Both the position numbers and the translations under genes were made by a program. A DNA stretch of 64,000 nucleotides from Sphagnum compactum (lineage: Eukaryota): the NCBI GenBank assembly GCA_965153455.1, contig OZ234493.1, forward strand, positions 26,464,213 to 26,528,212, written 5' to 3'. Shown piece after piece: positions 25,501 through 36,751 of this stretch. Under the pieces are notes generated by a model. It did not search any database. It was not told the origin of the DNA and saw only the letters and a program-made list of their open reading frames with translations. How positions within the stretch are numbered: position 1 is the first letter of the stretch; the number at the start of each line of letters is the position of its first letter.

Positions 25501-28500
25501 CCTCCTGTATAGTCCAGTGGAGTAGTAGCCAACCCTAGTAATTTTAAGCATACAAGCAGAAGCAGCTTCCTTCTTCCAGCTGAAAGAGGAGGCAGAGAGA
25601 TGTTTGCCCATCATCAGAGGCTCCTGTGGTCAACTTATTCACCTGACAAATGTGTCCGCCCATGCCTGAGCAGTATGGGTAGTGACATGTGTGAAGTTAT
25701 GACGCTGCCGTTCATTTCTCTCATTTTCGGGCATTGTTAGAGCACCTTCAATTGCCCCGTACATCTCCCTTATATTCCAAGGGTTGACAAGTATTGCACC
25801 AGCTCCCAATGACTGTGCAGCCCCTGCAAACTGCATCATTCAGACAGAAATATCAGCTAAGTCTCAAGAAGGACCTGAAAATTGACCTGTGAAAGTGACA
25901 ATGCAGAATGCAAACACAAGTCACAATTTCAGCATTCCCTGTTTGGTCAGTGTACTCACAAAGCTTTCTGTGGACAATGCGGTGAAAATGCAAGTTTCAA
26001 AAGTGCAGTAACTAACCTCACTCAAGACAAGCACCCCTTGATTTTTCTTGGAATTTTGGCACGCAACATACTCATAGCTCACAAGGTTCATTCCATCTCG
26101 GAGTGATGTCACCAATGCCACATCTGCTCCCAGTAAGCCCCCAACCCCACCAGTGATATATTTCCCCTATCATTCAGCAGGCCAGCAACATACCCCATCT
26201 CATCTGGGGGATAGATAAACCTCCATGACATGATGTCTAAAGAGAGAAAATGTACCTGTGCTGGCATAAAGAGCACACAACTCATGAAATGCAAGAGACC
26301 GATCCTGCAGCCACAACAGATCCATCAGAAAACCATTGCACATTGAGATCTGAAAGGCAGGATCCTTGATGAAACATTGCTTCTCACCATCCATCCCCCA
26401 AGTTTCTTTTCTTCTTCAAGCTTAGAATTCATTTTCCACATGAAACACAGTGCAGCAAAAAATGTGCAAGAAAATGAAACAAAATTGGCTTTTTGTGTTG
26501 ACAGACTAGAGTCTAAAAGGGAGTCTGAGGGAACTAAACACCGAGCAGAGGAACTTGCCAGATGATGGATAGGCACAAATGTGACAGAGCCAAAACGACC
26601 ATTGATACGGCCCACAATCTCATGCACCTGGCTTGTCAGCCGTTGGTCTGCAAACCCCCAACATGTCCTTGTGATGAGACCAATACACCTACATATTACA
26701 TCACAAAAAGTTGTGCCCAGATTGTAATTGAAGAAAATAAACTATATCTGATTTCACTGAAGGCCCAGTACGATGTATTTCCAGCAGAATTGGATCAAGA
26801 GCCTACACTCAGGAACATCTGTGCGAGTTGGCACAGCAATTTGCACGAGCAAGACTTTCTCCCGCCACTCTGGGTGCTTTTCCAGGAACATCTCAAAGGC
26901 CAGCAACTTTTGCGGGATCCCTTTGATCATGTCAAGCCGGTCAACCCCCAACATGACCTACTTACAGCAAAAGCATAGTTAGAAAGTCTCCAAAGACTTT
27001 GTTTTACAATCAGCTGTCTCCAAACCACAGGAAATCTCTAGGAAGCATGTATGGCAAGTGGGTGATTCCCTTCCTCACTGGGAGGCAATAGCATGAAAAA
27101 AGGTGCAAAGAAAACTTTCAAGAACCATTACAGAGTACATATTGGTGCTTCTTCAATGCACTTCAGAAGGAAGTTACCCAACTTATGGAGCCAAACCAAC
27201 ACTGAGATATATTTCTAGTGAGACTCCTACATTACCAAGTACCAACTTTGTTGAGACTGGTGATTAAATACAGAAAAAAAGGCACCTTGCGACCAGCAAA
27301 AAAGCGTCGCAGTTCTTTAATGTGGAACTTGACTTGGTCTGTTTCCAGGGCCTGGATGAACCTCTCTGGGTCAATTCCAATTGGAAACTGCAATCGCAGT
27401 AACAGGTGAGTGCTCTGGACAACACATGCAATTACCTCATTCTATCCTTATAAAAGGTTAACCAGGTACACTAACAATCTTTTTTAGGTCCATTCCTCTG
27501 CTTGTGTGTATGCCTGTTTCTCCATCTCTCCACCCCAAAACTCAACTCTTCCCCCATGGATAATTGGCATAAAGATAAAGAGACCATACAGCTGCAACCC
27601 GTGTGAGCTTGCCGTGATCCTCCACACCGTCAGGTGTACCCTCTAGACCCAAAATGCGTGTACATGCACTCACAAAATGCCTGGCATAGTCGTATGTGTG
27701 GAAACTGCACAACAGCTCATTGCCACAGCACAATGAACTTATGCCCACATCATATGCTGAAGCAAGTCAAAGTGGAGCTTGAACATGGTGAACCCAGAAC
27801 AGGTGGTACTTAATGGGTGCCTACAAAGCATTTGAGTTTCTCTGTCTTGAATGGATAGCACATGTAACACAGAGGAAAAGAACTAGATAGGTTTTACTTT
27901 TCCACTACCCAGGGACTTCACACCACAAACTCCTAGTCTTGTATCACATTATGGGACAGACAAAATGGTACCCACCCAATCAGATCTGCTGTCAGTACAG
28001 CCTTCAACAGCTCTGACCGCAGAGGTAGTGTACGGTAAATCTCTGATGAGGGGAACGGTGTATGCAAGAACCAGCCAACCTTCATGTGGCAATCCATTTC
28101 TTTCAAAAACTCTGGCAGGCACATGAGGTGGTAATCATGACACCACACAACATCTCCCTCCTGATTTCCAGCACCACCCAGACAAATAACAGATTATCGG
28201 CCTGCAACCTTTCCAGTTGCACCAGCACCAAGGCCATAGTTTGCAAGGACTGTGCTAAGACTCACATGCCCTTGCCTAGAGCATACCAAAACTAGCTTGG
28301 CATGGAGCACCATTGTGTGCCATAAAGGCAACTTGCTTTTAGGCCTGCAGATTAAGATTCCTTGGTCCGGGCAAGCCAGATTACATATGCAATGCAATGC
28401 AAATAAACTCTTTCAAAGTAAACTTCTGGCAAAGCACATGATACAACAAATGGATGAATTGGTAGACAGTGCAAAACACATCTAGGCAAGTTTGAAATGA

Positions 28501-30392
28501 GATTTTTTTGGGGGAAGGAGCAAAGGGAGGAGGGGGAATGGCTGCTCATCAGTTTCTTGGGTCCTAAGTCCTAACTGTGGGCAAGCACCCAATGAAACAT
28601 GGGTTGCACTGAGTGCTTGTCTAGTACCTGATACTGAGAAAACACAACTTGAGCAAACAATTGGTTGGCATGGTTGTATGCATTGAACTGAGAATCCATA
28701 CTCCGGGTGGCAGCCAGCCGATCCTCCTGGGGCAGCCCAATGTAGTGAAAGAGGGGCCACAGCACATTATTGCAGTAGCCATTATAGTACTGGTCCACAG
28801 TATCATCATCCAAAAATACAGGAACACAACCCTGAAAATCCATGGTGTCCAGAAATTGAATCAGATGCAGTGACAACAATGAAACGACAAAACTTGCCCT
28901 CCAGAACAGGTGACTATTATTCAACACAACAAACACAGAGCAGCAAAGTGAGCACAAAAGTTTGAATGCAAACCACCACTGATCCAATGGTTGCTTCTCC
29001 AATCCAGCATCTCTAATTCATCCATTGATGAAACCAACCTTGAGTGCTAGTGCCTCAGTCAAGGAAATGCGCCCTTTCTCATCTGGTACATTTATACCAG
29101 CCCATCCTATCCATCTTGTCTCAAAATTTTGTTTCACCCCTGCAACAACAACACAACTTGTCCCACTGTCAGGCACAAGTTGTCTCCTCTACAACAACAT
29201 CCCATGATGTCCTGCAGTCTTCTACACTGCAAAACATTCAGCTGCTTCCATCTTCTTTTGACACAAGTGTTACAAACACCATGAATGTGTGTGCAAGGTT
29301 GCAAGATGGGAAAAACAGGAAACCCAACACCTCAATTCTTCATAAATGAAGAATTCTCACCCTCTTCAACCATGTCCTGAGCATGTCTACCCATTTCTAG
29401 AGGGTAATATACTGGTTGGAAATCCGCATGGCAAGTTTCCAAGGTCCAGTTGACATGCAGATGTGACTCAATTCCAGCTTGAATGGGAGAGACCTTAGGG
29501 CTTGGATGATGTGAGACATGTCCAATTGACATGCAGATGTGGCCTCCAAGAAAGAAGTCATAGGGAGCAAGCCCTTGGATGGGGGAGAGAGACAACCAAA
29601 CCCTGAACGAGCTGGTGGGTCCCACCGCAATTGCTTGACACAGGGACAGTTCCTAAAAGAAACCAGCACGATCGTGGTATGGCACTGTAGAAGAATCATC
29701 AATTGCGCTTCAATGGAGACTAAGCATCTTTGTCAAATGTGGGGGGGTTTTTTTTTTGTTGGGGGGAGAAAGAAAGATTTCATACCCAGAAGAGCACTCA
29801 CAAGGCCCCCGGGACTGAGCCTCAAATCCCAACTATCCCCTTCGCGAATGGCCGAAACAGGGAGACGATTGGCCACCACGAGCAGCCTTTGTGCCGCCCG
29901 ATGCTGTCCCTTCTCATTCAGATTGCCTGAGCTGTCATAGTTCTCCAGTCCGCCTCCTCGCACCCCTTCTCCTCCTCCTGCTGCTGCCCCCGCAGCCTGG
30001 TGGCTACCTGCGTTCTCTGGTGCAGTTCGTCTATCGCCTGCTCCCGATCCCATACCCAATCCCCCATGCCCCAAAGAGGAGGCATCCGACAGCTTGCCAA
30101 CTTCATCTCCGGCCGCATAGCAGCTGCCGCTCCTGCGCAGCTGCCGCTCCCTCACGAGTCTCTCCACCCGCGATGACGAGAAGGACGGCGATGGTAACTC
30201 CTGCTCGTCCGTCAGCGACGCCGCCCGCACCAGAATGCTGCTGCCGGGCCTAGTAGTTTTCAGCTCCCCCGGCGTCGATATGGAGAAGCGACGTTGGGGG
30301 GCATGGCTGATAGTAGGGCCGGAACCTTCTCCTTCCCATACTGTTGCTTTTGTCGTCCTCTCTGGCGGCTTGATTGTCAGTGAGTACGGCAT
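22564..30392 (-). CDS. TPS1: Class I alpha,alpha-trehalose-phosphate synthase (UDP-forming), GT20 domain plus TPP-like HAD domain, 18 exons, 1016 aa
   Basis: Exons (- strand): 30392-29786, 29139-29039, 28831-28628, 28160-27976, 27704-27590, 27387-27286, 26957-26807, 26647-26559, 26304-26256, 26123-26017, 25830-25643, 25303-25186, 24840-24661, 24471-24349, 24088-24001, 23725-23595, 23310-23212, 22977-22564. They total 3051 nt in a continuous frame. Intact motifs: [75 protein letters not shown]. The N-terminal [13 protein letters not shown] segment and the LGFNAT in place of the HAD DxDGT motif are typical of class I. The start is the first in-frame ATG, since the ORF-track start at 30485 is GTG. 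Confidence 0.93.
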
Positions 30393-31313
30393 ACGCCTTC
30401 TCCCTCTTGGCCTATGCTGCCTGCCTGGTCCCCCACCCCTTCCCGCCAAACTCCTTTCCTTCCTTCCTAGCCACAATCGCAACACCTCCTTGTGTTTCTT
30501 TCTTGCTTGCTAGCTTTCTTTCTTTCCTTCTTTGCAATTCCAAAAGCCTCACGCGCGCACACACACACAAATCGTCGGATTCTGTTGCGGAAGCGAGTAG
30601 AAACGAAACTCCTAAACTGATTGTGACAAAGATGCTGGTCTCTTTTGAAAAAGAACCGCAGGACCACCACCCAGCAAGCCGCCCGCACCACCCCACCTTG
30701 AACTCCCAGAGACCCACCCTTCTTTGTCAAATTGGAAACATTAAGACTTCCACGGCGCTGCTTTTGGTCTACAACCTCTGCGTCTCGAACAGCTCTAGGG
30801 CGACGAAATTGCTGGACACGGACTGCTGGCGTGCTGCTGCTAATAACAATGCGCTACATTTGAGTGCTCGAATCCACCTTTCACGGAGCACCATGCCACG
30901 GAATTCACAAAAGAAAGCCCACCAACACGTCTTCTTCCGTGGCAACTTCACCATTCAAACATTCAAACCCACAAAAGCAGCAGCAACAACAACAAAAGAG
31001 CGTAGCGTTTTGCCAACAATCCAAACCCAAGGCAAACAAACAAACACACAGAGAAAATTTTGTAACCGAAAAAGGCAACGCATAAAAAGGGAGGAAAGGA
31101 AGGAAGGAAAGGAAGGAAGGAAGGCGGCCGCCCTTTCCGCTGGCCCTATTGTACGTGAAAATCAATCACACAACAAGCTCAATAATTATGTCTTCTTCAA
31201 AGTCACATACCAAATTGAATGAGTTGGAATCTGCTGCAACAACACCCACATGGAGATTCACAACACAACTCTGTGAAGCCAGCAGCTCAAGAAGCTGAAG
31301 ACAGATCTGACAC

Positions 31314-31335
31314 CCACGTATATATCTATATATAG
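31314..31335 (-). promoter_or_regulatory. Candidate TATA box with adjacent ACGTGG (ABRE/G-box-like core) for TPS
   Basis: The - strand reads CTATATATAGATATATACGTGG, about 930 nt upstream of the TPS ATG. Confidence 0.35.
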
Positions 31336-31515
31336 CCTTGCTATTTTGAGCTCACAAATCGACGTATGTGCAGCAGCTCTAACCCAAGCACAGACTCACA
31401 AAAAGAGAGAGACAGAAAAGGCAACAAAACAATGACCGCCCATGGTTCTCTTGGATTGCACAAAATGTGCACACTCACGCCAAAATGTGCAGAGAGACTC
31501 AGATCAAAAACACAC

Positions 31516-31518
<3 letters not shown>

Positions 31519-31555
<37 letters not shown>
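31519..31555. repeat. (TC)n microsatellite
   Basis: About 18 perfect TC units upstream of TPS. Confidence 0.95.
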
Positions 31556-31556
<1 letters not shown>

Positions 31557-31610
31557 ATATTTATAAGACGAGCTATGGCTCTTGAATAAACATTGCACTT
31601 TGGTTTTACC

Positions 31611-31641
<31 letters not shown>

Positions 31642-31983
31642 TTCTCTTCTGCAAATATATATATACATAAATCACTGAACTGCAACAGCAAGAGCCGGCT
31701 GATTGCAGCAGAGGTTACAGAATTGTTGATGGTAATCTCCAGGGGAAACGGGGAAAAAAAAAGAAAAAGGAGAGCAACAACAACAAAGAAGATAGAGATC
31801 TATTATGCTCTAATGCTCTATACTACAAGTATGTATGCAATTAAAATTTTGCTGCCAAACCCCAACACAGAGTGCATACACACGATACATACATGATAGC
31901 TAGCTTTTAGCTATACAGGAATGAGACAAAGATTGTCATTGTATGTAGGTACCCCACTCAAACAATTGTGCTACAAACTTTTC

Positions 31984-32012
31984 CTCACTCACTCACTCAC
32001 TCACTCTCTTTC

Positions 32013-32053
<41 letters not shown>

Positions 32054-32054
32054 T
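31984..32054. repeat. Compound (CTCA)n/(CT)n/(CA)n microsatellite
   Basis: Seen directly. Confidence 0.9.
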
Positions 32055-32207
32055 CATGAGCAAGCAAGCATGGGACAGTGACTGAGTAAACAGAGACAGA
32101 AAGAGGCTTTTATGTACTACTACTACTACTACTAACAAGCATCTCTTGTAGCACACTTGGCTCTCTTCTGGCCCCCCCCTCCCCTCCCCCCTTCCTTCGG
32201 TGAGGAC

Positions 32208-32743
32208 CAGTGTTGTGCGGGTATATTGTTTTTATCTCTTTTATATACATATACATATCCTCCTCCCCCATGTTAGTACGGGTATAATTGGGTTTTGAAA
32301 TGGGTTTACCCGTCGGGTAACAATATAATTAACACTACAAATAATTTCATCCGAATAGGGTCTTGTAAGTACTTTTGTGGTTTTTTTTTGGGTATGTAAA
32401 TTTTGGTAGTGTCTTATTAGTAGGTACCCTCTTTTGATACATAGCCCTATATTTCGGGTAGAAAGTGGGTATGTTATTAATTATTTTAAAATTTTAATGA
32501 TATTTTTTTGGAAATATTGAGACAGTTTTCAAAGGTCAATTTACCGATGGGAATTACACAATCCCATGTCAGGATAAATTTTTTTTTAAAAATAAATAAA
32601 AATGTTTTGTTTTTCCTTGACTACAAATATGCCCCAAAAAAAACATTGATTTTTAGAAAACAGCTTAAAGTAAGTTAATCTTATACCCTATCCATACCCA
32701 CCCAGCAAGAATATTTGGGTAAAAGATATACCCACACAACATG
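32208..32743. mobile_element. Non-autonomous DNA transposon (MITE, hAT-like TIR) in the TPS upstream region
   Basis: The left end CAGTGTTGTGCGGGTATA matches the reverse complement of the right end, CATGTTGTGTGGGTATA. Subterminal GGGTA/TACCC repeats are present. No clear TSD. Confidence 0.55.
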
Positions 32744-32936
32744 AGTAAAAAACTTACTCTGATTTTGGCTAGGGTAACCCAAGGGCACCTTGTGGAGCAT
32801 ATGCTTTTTTCCACCACTGAATGAATGAATGTAGGGTGTTTCACAAAACAGAATATGCCCACCTCACATGGTGTTCCTAAAATAAGCCATCTTCTCCTCA
32901 AGAGTTACCTTACACTTTATTCTTCTCTTTTCCCAA

Positions 32937-32942
<6 letters not shown>

Positions 32943-32974
<32 letters not shown>
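32943..32974. repeat. (AT)n microsatellite
   Basis: About 16 AT units. Confidence 0.9.
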
Positions 32975-32982
<8 letters not shown>

Positions 32983-34815
32983 ATATGTATGTATTTATTT
33001 ATTAAAATCCTCCTATTTGGTTTGACAATCCATTGGTGAAAAAAGATTTTATAATGGCTGATGTACTTTTGAGCCATAATATTCAATTTTTTGTGCCAGA
33101 TATCAGAATTTTACAATATGTATATGTCATACATTTGCACTCTATTTTTCAGACCCATGGTTATATAAAAAGGAAATTACTAAATATTACCTTTAATTTA
33201 AGAAGGAAACAAAATATTTTTCGATAAATGGGTTAGTTGCACCAATATTTCATATATTTAGTATTGATTACTAAATATGGATTAATCTTGGAATTTCATC
33301 TTTATTGTCTGAAGCATCCATTACCAAATGTCTGTAATGTAACTAAATGGCTAGTCAAAATCAACTTTGACAATAAAAGAAATTATATTTTTTGAAAAAA
33401 TTGGCCTGATATTATTATGTTAAAATAAAAATATTTGATATTGATAATTGATCATTGCACTTTAATGCTGATTAAAAAAAACCTCGTTCAAAAAAATAGA
33501 GTACTGCACATATTTGTTTCCCCATGTATGTTATTGGTTACAAGCAATAAGGTCTCTACTTTAGCTAACAACTTAAACGAGTTGTAATATGCTCAACATT
33601 TAAGATCTTTTCATTTAACACCACAAGTATTTGAAGAGGATGTCGAAAATAAATAAATAAATAAGTATTTTTTCTCGCTTTGTATCAATCATCAGCATCT
33701 TCCATGCGAGGCTTTGATCATTGGAAGACTTAAGTGTGATGTTGGTTAGTGGAAATGACAAGATTCTTAGAACAAAGTTCAATGGCGAGTAAATATTATG
33801 GACAATTCTTTGGGAAGGGAGTAGATATCTATTTTCAAGTTCGATCAAGCTACGAAGCTAAACCCTTACTCTTCTGGTCTTTGTACATTGCTTTTTTGAG
33901 GAGGTTGGTTGTCCATTTTAAATATTTTTAATTTTTAGGCAATTTCAAGTTCTATCTAGTTTAATATTAAGGTTTTTTTTATAAAAAAATTATATATACA
34001 TATATGGGTTGATGCAACATTTTCATGATATTGTTATGATCAATTAATGAAATTTGGCTAGAAAGTCTTTTTGTTTTATCATTAGCTTGAGTAATCTTTG
34101 TAGCCAGTGTTCTAATAACCTTTGATTGGCTCCCTTAATTTATTGAGCAATTTCATCACAATGCAACCAAAAAAAAATTGCTTGACTTTGTATGCAAAAT
34201 AAAAATCTCAGGAAATATAGCAAGGGTGCCAACTCTCGACAAATAAATATTGAAAATGTTGTTAAACATAAGTAAGCAATGAATAAATCATCTACCTATG
34301 AAATGTTTAGTAATAGAAATTTTTTACTTTTTAAAAGCACAAAAACAACCAACATAATTATATGATGAGGTTTTAAAAATTTCATCGTCAACAAGCAAAT
34401 AATTTTCTTAATTTTTCATGTCATGAATTTTTCTTAACTTTCCATGTTCTAGAACTTTCATATATATATATATACCACACCACCAAACCTAAGAATCACA
34501 ATATTGTATATCATACTTATGATTTGTGTTTTGCAAATCTTAACAAAATAAAATAAAAAATTGAAAAAAAAGGGTTCAACATTCTCAATTTGAATGTTTC
34601 AAATTTTCAACAATAATTTTAAAATATGCTAAGTACACTAATAAGTTTCAAATTTATCCTATGTTTTGACTGAGGTTGGATTTTTTTTTACAATTTTGAC
34701 AAAATGCTCTTAGTGTTTTCTTTTTCCACTAGCCCTTTTAAGAATGAGTTAGTGTCAAACATGGGTTGTAGGTATGATATAGGTCTCTTGTCTCACAATT
34801 GATAAGCAACCATGT

Positions 34816-34887
34816 GATAGGAAGGAAGGATAATAGGTGGGCATTAAGTATGTACTTAGTGCCCACCTATCATCCTTCCTACCTATC
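34816..34887. repeat. Near-perfect 72-nt inverted repeat (35-bp arms, 2-nt loop)
   Basis: GATAGGAAGGAAGGATAATAGGTGGGCATTAAGTA-TG-TACTTAGTGCCCACCTATCATCCTTCCTACCTATC; 32/35 Watson-Crick pairs plus one G-U pair. Confidence 0.9.
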
Positions 34888-36424
34888 TACTAAACCAATG
34901 TTTACAAGATAAAAACACCAAATAGAAACAAATAACATCAACTCAAGAAGCATTTCTTCACAACTGAGATAACAAAGATTCCAATGGTTGCATTGGTGAT
35001 TGTTACTTCACTCTATTTTATTCTGAAATTGTTTTTAAATTTTTGAAACAAAGGTGCTCTTTACTCAAATAGGTACCTGGAACTGGAGGTTATAACAAAA
35101 GTCCAAAAAAATAAAAAACCACCCAACACTGCTAGCAACTAGCAACCTTTATGCAATCCATCTTTCACCTCGATAGAGAGCCTGGTCAGGCCATCAACCT
35201 AGTCTTAAACTAGCACTCTCAAACCTCAACCAAGTAGTTGATGGCTTTGCTCAAGGCCAACACCTAATAAAGTTAGGAAAACACAGCTCCAGAACCCTAA
35301 GTTTGGTCATAGAGGGGTGAGATTCAAAACAATTTGTATTCCTCCTGACATAACAGCCCAATCAGTACCAGTTGTGGTGTACACAATAACAGATGTCCTT
35401 CCTTCTGCACACAAAATTATCAACCCAATACTTGTGACCAATTTCTGTTTTCCATCACTTCTCCACACCCACCCATATCTGTCTACCCATATATTTTGTT
35501 TCATGAGTGGCTTGTGTGTTACCTGAAAGGTTATTTACTAGATATTAAATTTATCCGTAAAGTCACCCTGTCTTTGGGCCTCCTTTCACACTCAATCCCC
35601 TCTTTCAGTTGGGATCCGTATAGTAAGGACATTTTATTGAATCTGGGTATGAAATGTTGAAACCCAACATTTAAATGCACAAGGTTCGAGTGCAATTATA
35701 GTTGCTGTACATGTAGGAGCGGTGAAAATTTTATGTAGCAGCAGTGAAGGCGCTCAGGAAAAAGGAAAGAGGGGGGATGAAGACAGGATAAACTCCGTTT
35801 AGCCTACCACAAAAATTGATGGTTTTCTGAATTTCACCCTCCCTTAATGCTAATGTACTCTTTTGTGTTGTATTTGTTGTGTTGGGGTTTGTTGATGTCT
35901 CCCACAAGAATCCTCTTTCCAGAAAGCAGTCAGACTAGTTCATTATTTATGGTACTCTCTCATGATGATTTTTTTTCTGTTCTTTTCCTTTTTATTTATC
36001 ATCCACCATTGGTGCTTAGAAATGAAAACATGCACACACACATGCACATGCGTTTTGTGTATGGCTAGACAAGCTTGGTAAATAAATTGATATTGGTTCT
36101 GGTATCAAAAGAACCAACCGGATTGGTATGACTTGAGGTAATATCTAACCTCGTACCAATACCTCCCTAGCATGGACCCGATGTAATAAAAGTTCAATAC
36201 TAAGGTTATATTGATCTCAATGTCAAGTATATATACCTATCACATACTAAGCCAAAAATCAGCCTTGGACCCTAATACCTAGACCAGGTGGGTATCAAAG
36301 TTTTTTAAAATCTAATACCAATATTGGGTTGCTATGGTTTTCTTCTCAAAGATCCAATACCAATACTAGCTAATATGTTCATACCTCAATACCCCCCACC
36401 CAAATAGCCAAAACTGGTCCAAAC

Positions 36425-36751
36425 CCATGTCGGGCAGTTCTTTGAATTTTCAAACAACCATCAATTTTGGTTCCAGTTCTTTGAAGAAAATTCCAAAATC
36501 AGAGAATTGTTGCTTTCAATTATTTCAAAAACTTTTTGAAATTTGACAGTTTCCATGAAAATTTTGGCAAAGAACCAGCAATTTTTTTTCTGGCCAGTTC
36601 TTCGACTTTTTCCCCCAAAAAAATTGGAGAATGGTAGTCATATACCAAAATTGTTTCTTTGAATTTGTGAGAACTGATGGGTAAGTGAGTGTGTACCTGA
36701 CTTGATAATTGACGGGTATCTATCTTTCATTTTAAGAACTACCCAACATTG
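36425..36751. mobile_element. hAT-type MITE (327 bp) with 18-bp TIRs and 8-bp TSD
   Basis: Left TIR CCATGTCGGGCAGTTCTT versus right TIR (reverse complement) CAATGTTGGGTAGTTCTT, 15/18 identical. Flanks GTCCAAAC (36417-36424) and CTCCAAAC (36752-36759) match at 7/8. Confidence 0.75.

Noticed and set aside
22200..30300. Many 60-140 aa ORFs overlapping TPS on either strand
   Set aside because: They are antisense or alternative-frame shadows and intron read-throughs of real exons.
7911..30392. BBX plus TPS as a functional light/sugar gene cluster
   Set aside because: They are convergent, about 12.6 kb apart, separated by TEs and share no promoter. Adjacency alone is not evidence without conserved synteny or co-expression.
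30393..30485. 31-codon upstream extension of TPS exon 1 in the ORF track
   Set aside because: It starts at GTG; the first in-frame ATG is at 30392.
30374..31222. 282-aa + strand ORF antisense to the TPS 5' region
   Set aside because: Non-ATG start, low-complexity and repeat-derived residues, and no recognisable domain. Best explained as the antisense shadow of a leader with few stop codons.
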